A DNA stretch of 64,000 nucleotides from Camelus dromedarius (Eukaryota). The notes beneath the pieces were generated by a model. It worked only from the letters and a program-made list of their open reading frames with translations, did no database searches and was not told the origin of the DNA. The stretch lies in the NCBI RefSeq assembly GCF_036321535.1, contig NC_087437.1:94738001-94802000 (forward strand), read 5' to 3'. Positions 1 through 12,975 of this stretch are shown here, one piece after another. Every line of letters begins with the position of its first letter. Positions within the stretch are counted from its first letter, which is position 1. A program made the position numbers and the translations under genes.

Positions 1-1197
1 CCTCTGAGTGGCTGAGGAAAAGAGCGGCTCTCCCCTATTCTGATAGCTCATTTGGAACATATAAAAGCCTTCCTCATCAGGTTGAGAAAATTACATCACT
101 GATAAGTCAACCTTCTGAACCCTTTTGTATTCGAGCCTCCAGATAGAAAATGTGGCAGTTTTAGGCATTAAGACTATTTTGGATTCTTTTGAATCCCTCT
201 AAGAGCAATTGAGTCCGATGCGATGGGTTTTTCCCTTATCTCCTGGACTATGAAGAGTTCTTTTATCATCCCAGCATTTGAGTTGGCAGAGTCCCTGGAA
301 TAGGTCAGAAAAAGCTCCTACAGAGATTTTTATATTGTTAGCATTGTTAGCTAAATTAATCCTTTTGCCTAGATTTTTTTTTCCCCTGAAGAGAAATTTT
401 GTAAAGTTAATTGGAGTCTCAGGAAAAGAACTAACAGAAGGCAGAACTTCAGCTGGGTCAAGCAGGCATGTTATCTCAAAACCAAAAAGATGAATTATGA
501 GGGAGGATAGTTGGTTTTAAACGCAATTAAAGCCTGAAAGAAAACTTAATTTCATCTGGTCCATTCCTTTTCCCACCAGATAAGACAGTTCATGAACATT
601 TGGAGAGGAAATAATTTTTTTATCTTATTATTCAGGATCTGCAGTGAGAGGAATTATATAACCTTTCATAAAATCTCTTGGTTATTAAGTATTTTGCTCA
701 GTACCCTCTCCTCTTCTCTAGCTTAAATATCATGTTCTGAAATTGTATACAATTTTTGCCTAGTCTCTCCTGTAAGAAACAGGAGAACAAAAATTACTCT
801 TTTTTCATTGTGGATTGTTAGCCATCCTCTTTATAATAACCGTAAGCACAGTCTTGACCCTGGAAACATCTTCAGTATACAGTTTTTTGAAAACTGTTTT
901 ATTGTCCTTCTCACATATACAGTTTCATTTATCCATTAAAGTTTCCTTCTTGCATTGTTTACATACTGTGTCTTAGATACACATGATTTTTCATTTCTTA
1001 CTAAATTGTTAAATATTAAACTTGTATTTTAGTGTAGCTATTGTATGTTTGTCCCATTATTATACACTGAACTAAATCTCTTTAGGAAGTGAACATACAT
1101 TTTAAAATTTATACTTATATTTGGATTTATGACGTTAATTTGTGTCCTACGCATCCTCTGCTGAACTTGTTCAGAAAGGATAATCTGTTACCAAATT

Positions 1198-1216
1198 TGG
1201 CCACTAGATGGCAATG
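1198..1216 (+). promoter_or_regulatory. CTCF core motif
   Basis: TGGCCACTAGATGGCAATG in unique sequence, compared with consensus TGGCCACCAGGGGGCGCTA; CCACTAGATGGCA is a common strong variant. Confidence 0.7.
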
Positions 1217-2269
1217 CTCTGCCTTTGCAAGCTGCTACCTTGCTTAAAAGAGAAAAATTATTTTTAATTAAAAAAAAATCATTTTTCTTAACCAATAAAC
1301 TTACAGTGAGTTTTAATATTGACCAATATCTTATATTGCTTAGAGAAATAATAAAAAGTTAAAAGATGACACAACAAATAAGTATACTTTTTCTATACTA
1401 ACATTTTTATCCCTCCAACTTTATAGTAAATGCAGGAAATGTAGAATTTGACACTGAATTTAAAAATTTTCAGCCTTGCCAATCTCCATTAGTGTTTTCT
1501 AAAGAAAAAAGAAAGCTTATCCTTTCCCTTTTTCAGTTTTAAGTAGCTATTGATCCCAGAGTTAAAAATTTAAGTTACTTAATAAGCCCCAGTTATGCAG
1601 ATTTATCTGTCAACTTCTTTTCATAGAAGGTATTTGCTTGCTTTTATTCTTTTAGCTTCCTGTAACAAGTCTTAAGGTCAAATATAATTTTTTGTTTGTG
1701 TCATCTTTACCTGACTCTTTGGTTCCACTGGAAATATTTTTTAGAGAGGACATTAATTTTTATGTAACACAAAGGTGCATAATAAGAAATTTCTATTATT
1801 TAAAAAAAAAGATGGACATTTCATTCCTTTCAAATTAGGATTCATTGTAAAGTATATCAAAAGAAATATTGGAAATATTTGTCTTAGTTCATTCAACTGT
1901 AAGTTGTCCTTATATGGACAAATGAAGGGTGGCAATTGCAACACAGTCAGTTAGTTTAGGCTATGACTTGTCCATCAGATACCACAATGCTTTGGAATAA
2001 CAAAGAATCTGCATCAAGATCCACAGCCCCGGAAATGTGCGTCAAAATTACCTGTGGAGCTGCTTAAAAGCACAGAAACACAGACCACCAAATAACAATT
2101 TACTGGCCCAAAAACTGTTGGATGCCAGCATGGCCATCTGCAGTGGTTACAGGCCTTAACTCTTGCTCTAGTTTTGCAGCCAGAGATGAGAACTACTGTC
2201 CTCAAAGAGGAGGTCTGGTTCAAGAGCATTGTCTTATTGAAACATCCTGCAACATGGCTCAACATCTGG

Positions 2270-2435
2270 AATCTGGAGCCAGCCTGCTCCCAGCATTGCC
2301 ACTCCTTAGTCTGTGACCTAAAGCCAGTTACTTGTGTTCAGTGCTTCAGGCTTCTTTACCATATAAAGTTGTCCTGAGGATAATTCATATCAAGTGGCTG
2401 AAACTTAGCCCCCAACAAGTGAGAGCTGTTATTAT
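2270..2435 (+). mobile_element. MIR SINE fragment
   Basis: ccactccttagtctgtgacc...agttacttg...gttgtcctgaggataa...gctgttatta resembles the MIR core and 3' end. Confidence 0.6.
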
Positions 2436-3054
2436 ATTTTAATTATTATTAATGTTGTGAAGATATAGTTGCTCTGTATATTGATAAGCTCTAAGTTTAT
2501 ATAAATTTATATTACTTCTACTAAATGTATTTTTATGTATTGTATTTATTTTTGCTATATTGATGTCTATTTTTGTCTTACATTGGGTGGGAGTCACATG
2601 AATTAAAGTTTACAAAGAGAAGGATGGGGAAAGTGAGGTGACAATTTTAAAAAAACATATAAAGTCTTCACAAATCATGTATAAGCTTCTGGAGTCAATA
2701 GGAAATTGGTCACACAAAAATTAAATGGATAGTCAAAAACTGATTCCAGATTTTTTTCCATTGTCATCTGTTTTGTTCAGAACTTCTATTTATAACAGTG
2801 AAAAAATTAAATGTATTTTCTGTGTAAGGGATTTAGATTCTGATATTATCATTGAGGCATTGGGCCAATAACCTAAAATTAAGACTATAACTAGACTCTT
2901 CTTAAAAGAAGCATTTATTAATTAAACATTACTGAAACTTGAAGTTGGGATTATCTGAACTCCATCCGAAACATTTTTAGAGCACATATACTGCAATCTC
3001 TTCTTCTATTGTCTTGGGTGCTACTGTCATAATTAGAGTTCAGAGAGTATTCTA

Positions 3055-3340
3055 CAATCTCCTCTGCCTGAAACTATCTTTCTTTATCTGGTGATCAATG
3101 TTCTCCTCTTATTCAAACTTAGCTTAAGGATCGCCAACTCCAGAAATCTTGCCAATAGGCCCTCAAACCACTTCCTCCGAAGTCCACCACTCCCACTGTT
3201 TCTAGGCCTCTTGGGATAATCTACTTGAAGTTCTTTATTTTAAATTTACATAGCTGTCACATCCCTAACTGTACTGTAAGCTTATAGAGAACAAAGAGCC
3301 ATGACTGGTGTCACTTGATTTTTTAAATCTAGTATCATGG
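3055..3340 (+). mobile_element. L2 3' fragment (old)
   Basis: cctctgcctgaaa...cttagcttaagg...actgtaagcttatagagaacaaagagcc resembles the L2 3' end. Confidence 0.5.
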
Positions 3341-4934
3341 AGCCTTTTAATCAGAAATGTATTATGTTGATATTTTTTCTCTTTAGGATCTTCTTGTAAC
3401 CCTAAATATGTTCATATTAATAAAACTGGAAAATTCTAGATTACACACTGAATGACTGAGGCTTGGATGACTGTTTTCATAGTTTACTCAATAGGTTGAG
3501 CCATGAGTGAGTAACTCTAGCATTTAGAATGAAACTGAAGATTTGACCCATCAGGATGATGGAAATTTGGTAACTGAAATCCTTAAAACAAGGTCAACAT
3601 CAACCACCAATCCAGTAATAACAAGAAATATTTTGAAAACAATTCTTATACAGACAGAAAATGAACCAACCAATTTATGAATACATATTTATAACTATAT
3701 AGTTTTAATGATCAACTCTATATTATTATCTATGAATAAAGACATTATATGTGATATGATATAAAACATGGTACCCCTTTGTTCAGAAGCTCAGTCAGTC
3801 AATAACTGAATTAAGTACCTTTGTTTTTTACCTTGTATGCAAAAATGTGTTTCATGATGTTCATTCTCTAGAATTTAGCCATTTTTAAAAAGAAGCCAGG
3901 AAGAAAGCAGAAAGGGTTATTTTGACTTTTAAATTATAAGAGCAAAATATGTTTTTGATATTTATCAAGGAGTTAATTGAGTGATTCACTTGTTATTTCA
4001 TCATTATATCATTATAGCATGTTGATGTGTGATTTAGTTTCCATTAAGTGTTGCTAGAAGATTAATCTAGTTTAAGATGCTGACTAGGCAAGCAAAATGT
4101 TCGCTCACTGCAAGCATTTTTATAATTAACTTAGCAGCACGGATAAATAAAGAGGTAATCTTATAGTAGCACAGAGGACATGGTATGACTGGTCTCTGAA
4201 GTAACACATTTTAAGTAGCAATTCATTGATTTATAGGTGGATACTTGTCAGGGGAAAACAGGTCGCTCACTCAATATTAAAGTGTGACATGTTGTCCCAA
4301 CTTGCAGTATTTGTTACTTTCCGTGATCAAAAATTTGTTGAAGACAATGAAATACATGTTAAGTAGTGTGGTATGTTACTAATCTGTAATGGCAAAATGT
4401 GTGAATGAGTATAATTTTATATAATCATTTGTGTCTTTCCAAGTGCAGGAAGGAGACTACTACTCCACTCTTAAAATTATAGATCAAATTTGAGAAAGGA
4501 GATACTCAGTTTAAATTATCACATTTCTGAAATTTAAGTCTTATTTTTCTAAATGGAAACTGGGTCTCAAATATGCAAGCAGTGTTAAATGCACAGTGAG
4601 ACGTCTGTCATGAGAAACTGTAACTAAAGCACACCCAGACACACCTTGGATTCCGATACCTGTGTTGAAATCCCAAGAAAGATTTAGAAGAACAAAAGGC
4701 ATGATCCAGGGAGTCAGCAAATGGAAAACTTCCTCAATCACAAAGCACTATTGGCTTCAACCTGCTCCTTGAATAATTGATTATGGCCCCTTAGGAGATG
4801 AATCAGTTTTTTCTAAACCAAATCCAAAGAGGAGACGGAGATTGTACCCAGGCGGAATCTTTCCTCTGACCTCTGCTTGTTCCTTTGGACCCCAATGACT
4901 AACACATCTGAATCATACTCCATTGCCCTGTACC

Positions 4935-5165
4935 AATAATAATAGCTGGCATTTATGCCAAACACTATTCTTAGTGTCTTATAGCTATTAGAACACTTCA
5001 TCCTTGTAGCAATCCTATGGCGTAGATAGTATTATCTTTATAATCTCATTTTGCAGATAAAGAGACTGAGTCAAAGAGACTAGCCAACATGACCAAGGTC
5101 ATGTTGCTGTGATGAAGGCAGAATTCAAACTAAGAAAGTCTGCTCCAAAGACTGTGCTAAAACCC
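4935..5165 (-). mobile_element. MIR SINE
   Basis: ataatagctggcattt...ctcattttgcagataaagagactgag...ccaaggtca...gaattcaaac matches the reverse-complement MIR. Confidence 0.75.
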
Positions 5166-7210
5166 AATATTCAAAACCAACACCAAAAAACAAACAAACA
5201 ACAAAACAAAAAACGAAAAACCCACACCAGCAAACAAATTCTAACCTTACATATATTTCTTCTGGGAATGCAAAGAAGAACCTGAAAAGCTTTTATGTAG
5301 AATGCTATCTCCCCTCCCACTTTAATTTCATGTTTTAGTCCTTGCTTGCACTGATCTGGAGATGAAATTTGATTTCATTTATTCAGCTTAAGAAAGTCAG
5401 AAACCAGATTTCACATTTTATACGTGCAGAAATACCTTCTGGCTTCACAACCAGAGGGTAGTGCTAGAGGTTAGCAATTATCCTTAAATGAGACTCATTT
5501 CAAACAAAGTTAAAATTAAGTAATCTGATTTGGCGATATGTTGTGTTTTTAGAAGGCTTGTAGTTGCTCCAAACCACCCTGTCCTCGGGGAATTCATTAG
5601 CACACAACTAGACTTGCGGCAGATCCAGTTCAAATTAGTATTTTGAGCGTGTCTATGTAGCCTCTCTGTAGTTGCAATTTTCAGTTTGGTAAACACTTCA
5701 GATAAACAGCTTCATTATTATTATTTTTTTTCTGAATAACTGAAGATAATTATATAAATTATAATGAAATTCTACATAAACTATGATCTTCTTATAATTA
5801 CCTCAGTTAATGTTTTTAATTGTCATAATGATTCACATTTTTAGCTTAATACCTGAGGCGTTTCCATTAATTCTCTGACACGAAAACATACTGCAATTAC
5901 TCATGGGGTAGATGTCTAACAGACATTTTTCCCCTTAAATATATGTAGAAGCTTCTTGACTTCTAAACAGTAGGTTCTGAAAAGTTATTTTCTCCCCTTT
6001 ATAAATCCAAAATGACATCATTCAAGTGTGTGCTTTGACTACCTGTTAGAGACAGCAAAGAAGACAAATAGTAGAACATGCCTTATAATTGTTGGAAGGT
6101 TATGTTTTCATTTACAGGAATTTCTTAAACTTCTAGAGTAAAGTTCCTCATTCCTTCTGTGTCATGTTCTGATCCTATATTGATAATCATAAAGACAAAC
6201 TCTTCTAGAAGCAGAAATAAAGAGAAAAATTAATGAGTCTAGAAGCTTGACTGACCTACCACATTTTGGCTTCCTGATTGCCCAGTTTATATGAATACAC
6301 AAGAGAAGAAATCAGTACCTTTTGGCCAAACCTGAAGATGCCCAGGAACAAATAACCTTTACTTTAACTCAATAAATAAATAAATAAATGACCTGAAGCC
6401 AGAGTGCAATTAGAAGAGTTCTGGAAAATTCTGTTAACTCCGGGAATTCTCATTTTTTGGTTGTACCTGCCAGAAATGCCCTGAGAAAATTTTCTGGTCA
6501 TTGATTTCTTTTACAAATGAAAAGACAAACTGCAAACTAACACATTTATTAGCAAGTGTCAGAATTAGAGAAGTAGAGGCAAATTCAGATATTGGTATAT
6601 TCAAGGACATAAAGAAAGAAGTAAAAGCAGTGACATGTAAGGTTAAAAAGTTGAGTGGTACTGAATCATGAGCCTCCTTACGGATCTACAATGTCAGACG
6701 TATTATTCACCTTGGGTGAAATTTTATCATGTCAACATTTTAACTTATGAGTCTTGTGTTCCTGAGAAGAATTAAATACCAAGGAGAATACATTTGCTCT
6801 TGAAAAGTCCTATACTAAAAATACGGAACTAGTAAGAGGGGCATGTTTGTACTTTCGTCAAAGCATCTTACGTATCTCGAAAAGGTGTCAGGTCTTCATG
6901 TTGAAACCCACTCTATTAGTATAGTGTGTCTAACAATGCTGTGAATCTGAGGTCAACAGATCAATTTTGTGAGTGTTTCGTCTGAAATGGTAAATGATAT
7001 CTTCTGTCTATTAAATAAAATTTCAAATACTACACATGGTGTACGGATGAGAAACTGAATTTCTAGTTCTTATATTTGAAGCATAGAAATGAACTTGCGA
7101 AATGCTGTTCTGATGGGTAGTACTTGTGGAGAGTATTTATGAAAAGAAAATCCATTTATGAAAGTGGTAATTCTGCTGACTCACACAATTTCTACTAAGA
7201 TCTATATGCT

Positions 7211-7336
7211 CACAGAGAAAAAAATGTGACAATGAGTGTGTATATGTCCATGAATGACTGAAAAAATTGTGCTGAACACTGGAATTTGACACAACATTGT
7301 AAAATGATTATAAATCAATAAAAAATGTTAAAAAAA
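7211..7336 (+). mobile_element. Young 5'-truncated camelid-type L1 (3'UTR tail only) with 14-bp perfect TSD
   Basis: L1 terminal sequence ending AATAAA plus A tail; TSD AAGATCTATATGCT at 7197-7210 and 7337-7350; CT/AAGA endonuclease-type site. Confidence 0.85.
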
Positions 7337-8179
7337 AAGATCTATATGCTAATAACTCCAAAATAGACACCTCTAGGCTTGATCTATCATTACTATTATC
7401 ACTATTATCATCATCATTATTATCAAAGAGCTTTAAGTAGAGGAGCAACATGAGTAGGTCTAGTAATTTCACTCTTCTGCAGTAGTGTCCATTACCTGTT
7501 TGAGTAGATAACTCACAAAGCGTGGCAAATGTGTCAAAATTAGACAGGGAAGGAAGTGAGAGGAGGATCTGATGACAAATCCATGAAGGTTGGTCAGTGG
7601 TGCTGAAAGCTCTGCTATCATTGGAAACCTTGATTTGTATTGTGCCAGTTGACATACTTGAGTGATATAATCCAGAGAACTCAGCTACATAATTGCAGAG
7701 CAGAGATGAGGGGTACAGCACTGGTTTGTTTGGAATTCTGCTGAGCAGCTCCAGTGGAATGATAGGGATGCAAAGTAATGAAAGAAACTGATGTGAGAGC
7801 AGTCATCGTTGGTAAATCAGGCCTTTGGAGGGCAGAGGAATGGAAAAGGTCAGGAGGAAGTTGATTGAGATAAGATGAAGGAGGCAAGAGCCTGCATATC
7901 TAGATGAGCTCAAGTGGCAGATACAGAATCCTGAAAAGAATGGGGAAAACAATGTTCTTATCATTCTCCTTGCCACATGAACAGTGGTGGTGAAGATTAG
8001 GTCTAATTGTCACGTTAACTACTTAGAGGAGTCACTGGCACAGGGGGGTGCTCAGTAAATGCTATACAATAACGGAGGTAGGGAGGTGGTGGTAGTGATA
8101 GTTTTTGTAGTAATAGAAGTAGCAGCAGCAATGTGATGTAGTGCCTTTCCTATACTACGGCAGTAACTTTTTTCCTATT

Positions 8180-8420
8180 CCTTTGGAACCTAACTTCTAG
8201 TACACCCTCCACACTGCCAGCATAGCACTCTGCTTAAAACTTTTATTAGCTTCCTTTGACTTCCTATCAGTGGAATAAATCAAAGTTATTTAGCTGGGTA
8301 TAAAAGAACCCTGAGTTTAGCCCCAGCATTTCCATGTCCATACTCTTGAATCGGGGGATTGAGCAGGTAAAAGATCATCAGGTACAGCCATACTGAACTT
8401 CCCATCATTTCACAGGACAA
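8180..8420 (+). mobile_element. L2 fragment (old)
   Basis: ccctccacactgccag...actctgcttaaaac...cagccatactgaactt resembles L2. Confidence 0.45.
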
Positions 8421-10114
8421 TAAGGAATCACATGTCTAATCTAAGTTCGGTTTCTCAGGCACAATTATTTTTGACTGAGTGTGTGATTGTGTGTATGTAT
8501 GTGCATGTGTTTGGGTGTATATTCTTTTCTGTGAAATTAATTCTTTCAGATTCAACCAATCAGAAATATTTTTTTTTTCTCTTTACTTCTATTTTAATCA
8601 TGTATCTATTACAGCATTTCCCACATAACAGCAATTTGTCTGTCTCTTCCACGGAATCCTAACAATTTGTCTCAGAGACACAGAACAGTACTTTACATCT
8701 AATATTGACTAAATATCTGAGAATAGTGATTGCCACAGTCTGAACATAAAAAATAATACATTCAATTGACTACATTGTCTCTTTGTACTTTTGCTCTAGT
8801 CTCAAACTTTTATTATGGATAGACACATTTAGGAAGTTTGTCAATAAGCAAATTACCTCCTTATTACTAAAGCATTAATGTTATCCAGTTGTACAAGTTT
8901 AAAGGTTAATATGATCCTTAGCTCTTTCTAGACAGTACAATATTAATAGATTAACATAAAGCTAGCTTTGTTTCTTTTCAATATGTGTAATAGCTGTATT
9001 CTGTGTATGTGAATTTGAAACCTGTGTATACACATGAAATGAATTCACCAAACTTATAAACAGTGAGTATCTATAATTCTTTTTTAGTTGATGAATTAAA
9101 TAGTAAAGAAAGACCAGAGAACAGAGGAGCAAAATATCATTTGTATGGACATTGTGCATAGGAATAAAGCATCATGGAGGCCTGCACTCTGAAGGAAAGT
9201 AAGCCTAGCAGTTTGATGGGATCTCTAGTTAGCCATCCTGCAGTTCAAAAAGCAGAAGCTCAGCAAAAGGAAAATCGACCAACAGGATGCTCTGTTCGAA
9301 ATTACCTTTGTTGGGATTTCTGTGTAATGGAATTAACTCAGCAGGGCTGGAGGAGCACTTAAAATGGCAGTTAACTCCTTACTGTTGCAAAGACATATGT
9401 CTTGATTTGTAATTACCAGAAAAGCAGGTTGCACATAGTGTACTTTAAATCATCTTTCCAGCTATGGGAACTAGTACCAACATGTGTGCAAAGGACATAT
9501 GGTGCCCTCCTTACAATTTCCCACAAGTTTTTTTTTTTTTTTTTTCAATCAGATCCCTTTTGTTAGAAATAACCACTGGATAGTGCGTTAGCTTTTATGT
9601 AGCTTTATTTCATGTTTTTTTTTAAAGGCAAGATATAATGAAAATAAACATCATATTCGGATAGTTTCACTGAGCAGGGATGAAATGAATACTCATCAAA
9701 AATCCTATATGGAAAGAACTATAAGTATTATCCTAAAGTCATTGGGAACTTTAACTAAATACTTGATTTTGTAAAAGTAAAATATCTTTTTGGAACATAG
9801 ACATCTACGGGCTGCTTAATTACTATCAGCTACATAGACAATTTAAATTTGAATGGAACTTTGACATTTAACAGAATATTGATTTATATCATTTATCTTT
9901 TAAAGAAAACCTCTTCATAAAGTTGAGAAATTATTAGTGGCTCCCTGAACTACTTTATGGAGTTTAATTTTTTTTTTTCTCCATGGTTGTTTCTGATATT
10001 AAATGAGATAATGCATTTGAACTGCATAGGACAGTATAAAACTATGAAGCAAAATGATTTTATTTAACCGTAATTTCCATTTGTCTGGTAGAGGCCTGGA
10101 ATCTTGTTTTCTTA

Positions 10115-10599
10115 AGAGCTTTTTTTGAGATATAATTCACATACCTTGCAACTCACCCATTTGAAGTATATGGTTCAGTGTTTTTTCAAGTACTTCCTGT
10201 CTCTATAGAATTGCCTATTCTGGTTATTTCATATAAATGTAATCATATCATATATGTAAGTTTTGTAACTAACCTCTTTCACTTAGCATAATGTTTTCAA
10301 GATTCATCCATGTTGTAGCATGTATCCATACGTTTGTTCCTTTTAATGGCTAAATAACATTCCATTGTATGGATATACCAGATTTTGTTTATCCATTCAT
10401 CACTTGATGAACATACCACCTTTTGTCTATTGGGAATAAAGCTACAATGAACATTTGTATACAAGGTTTTCTGTGGACATTTGTTTTCTCATAGTAAAAT
10501 CTGACGTCATGTGGATTCACCCCTGTGTTTCTTCTAAGAGTTGTATAGTTTTAGATGTTACATTTAGGTCTTTGACTTATTTTGACTTAATTTTTGTAA

Positions 10600-10636
<37 letters not shown>

Positions 10637-12975
10637 GAGGGAAGAATTTAATTCTTTTGCATGTGAATATATAGCTGTGTGAGAACTATTTGTTGAAAAG
10701 ACTATTTTTTCCCTGTTGCATGTGCTTGGTACACTTATTGAAAATCAATTGGCCATAGACACACAAGTTTATTTTTGAAGTTTTAATTCTATTCATCAGT
10801 CTTCTATCAGTACTACCCTGTCCTGATTACTGTTGCTGTGGAATAAATAAAATTGGGAAATGTGAAGCTTCCAACTTTGTTCTTTTACAAGATTATTTTG
10901 ACTATTCTCATTTCCTTGTAATACATATAAATTTTAAAACTAGCTTGTCAGTTTCTACAATGAACAAGCTGAGATTCTAATAGAGATTGCACTGAATCCC
11001 TAGATTAATTTAGGGAGTATACCATCTTAACAATATTAGAGCTTCTGATCCATGAGATGTTATTCCATTTAAATTTCAATCTTCTTCCATTTAACAATAT
11101 TTTGTAGCTATCAAAGTTTTGCACTCTTTTTGTTAAATTTATTTATAAATATTATATTCTTTTTGACATAAATGGAATTATTTTCTTAATTTTGTTTTTG
11201 GATTGTTCATTGCAGTTCTATAGAAATAGAATTGATTCTTGTATATTGTTTTTGTACTCTTCAGCCTTACTGAACTCACTTAGTTCTAATCATTTTTTAG
11301 TGTATTGCTTAGGATTTTCTATATATAAAATCATATCAGCTGTGAATATGATAGTTTTATTTCTTCCTTTTCAGTCTGGATAGCTTTTCTTTTCCTCACC
11401 TAAATGTCCTGGCTAGAACCTCCAGCACAATGTTGAACAGAAGTAGAGAGAGCAGACATCCTTTTGTTGTTCCTGATCATAGGGGTAATGCATCCAGCCT
11501 TTCACCATTAATCATGGTGCTAGCTGTGTTGTTTTAGTAACTGTCCTTCATCAGTTTGAGGAAGTACCTTTTTATGCTTTTCTTTATATTTTTTTATCAT
11601 GAAAAGGTGCTGAATTATTTAAAAAAAATTTTTCTGTGTCTATAGAGATTATCATATAGTTTTGGGGTATTGTTGTGTTGATATGATGTATTACATTATT
11701 TGTTTTTTGGATGTTAAACCAACCTTGCATCACTGGGATAAATACCATTTGGTTATGGTGCATTTTTTTAACATGTTGCTGGATTTAATTTGCTAGTATT
11801 TTGTTGAAATTTTTACATATACTTTCACAGGAGATATTCACCTGTGGTTTTCTTTTCTTGTGGTGTCTTAGCCTGTTTTTGGGTGTCAGGGTTTTATTGA
11901 CTTCATAGAATGAGTTGGGGAGTTTCCCTATTCTTTTTTACAAGACTTTTTGAAGAATTAGTATTAATTTTTCTTTAAATGTATTGTAGAACTCACCGGT
12001 GAAGCATCTGGGCTTGGCCTTTCCTTTGGAACAAAATTAACTACTAATTCAATATCTTTTCTTTTATAGATCTGTGCAATTGTCTATTTCTTGCATGAGT
12101 TTCAATGGTATGTCTTTTTAGGAATTTGTCCATTTCATCTAAATTATTTAATATATTTGGTGTATAATTATTCAGAGTGTCCCTTTGTAATATTTTTTAT
12201 TTCAGTAAGTTTGGGAGCACTGTCCTCTTTTATTGATCTGATTCTAGAAATTGAAATCTCTCTATCTCTCTACCTAATCAATCTAGCTAAAGGTCTGTCA
12301 ACAGTGCTGATTTTTTTAAATAATCATCTTTCGGTTTCATCAATCTTCTCTACTGTCTTTCTCTTCTCTATTTCAATACTTTCCACTTTACTCTTTATCA
12401 TTTCCTTTTTTCTGCTTGCTTTAGGTTTACTTTATTCTTCTTTTCCCAGTATCTTATATGGAATGCTAGGTCATTAATTTGAGATATTTCTTCTTTCTTA
12501 TGTGGGTATTTTGTAGCTATAAATTTCCTTCTGAGCATTGTTTTAGCTGTATCCCATTACTTTTTATATATTGTGTCTTCACTTTTATTCCTCTCAAAGT
12601 ATTTCCTAATTTCCCTCATGATGTCTTCTTTGACCCTTTGGTTATTTAGAAGTATGTTTTATAATTTCCACATATTTGTGATTTTCCAAAATTTATTTCT
12701 GTTATTGTTTTCTAATTTCATTCCATTATGGTTGGCAAATGTACCTTGTATTATTTCTATTCTTTCAAATTTAATGAGGTTTGTTTTATGGCCTAGCATG
12801 TGGCCTATCCTAGAGACTGTTAAGTGTACACTTAAGAATAATATATATTCTGCTGCTGTTGCATGGAGTGCATTTGGTTTATAGTGCTATTCAAATCTTC
12901 TGTTTCCTTTTTGATTTTCTTACTAACTGACTTTCCATTATTGAAAGTAGGATATTGAGTTTTCCAACAATTATT
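10115..12975 (-). mobile_element. Old L1M (L1MB/L1MC-like): 3'UTR plus degenerate ORF2
   Basis: Starts with an antisense L1M 3' end (ttttttgagatataattcacatacc...), followed by ~2.5 kb of T-rich antisense ORF2; no intact frame. Confidence 0.9.
10606..10632. repeat. (TA)n microsatellite inside L1
   Basis: Seen directly. Confidence 0.95.

Noticed and set aside
7308..7721. 137-aa ORF with a D/N-rich stretch
   Set aside because: Arises from (ATC/ATT)n low complexity and ends in an L1 tail.
12091..12884. 128-aa and 103-aa hydrophobic ORFs that look like membrane proteins
   Set aside because: They are the T-rich antisense strand of degenerate L1 ORF2.
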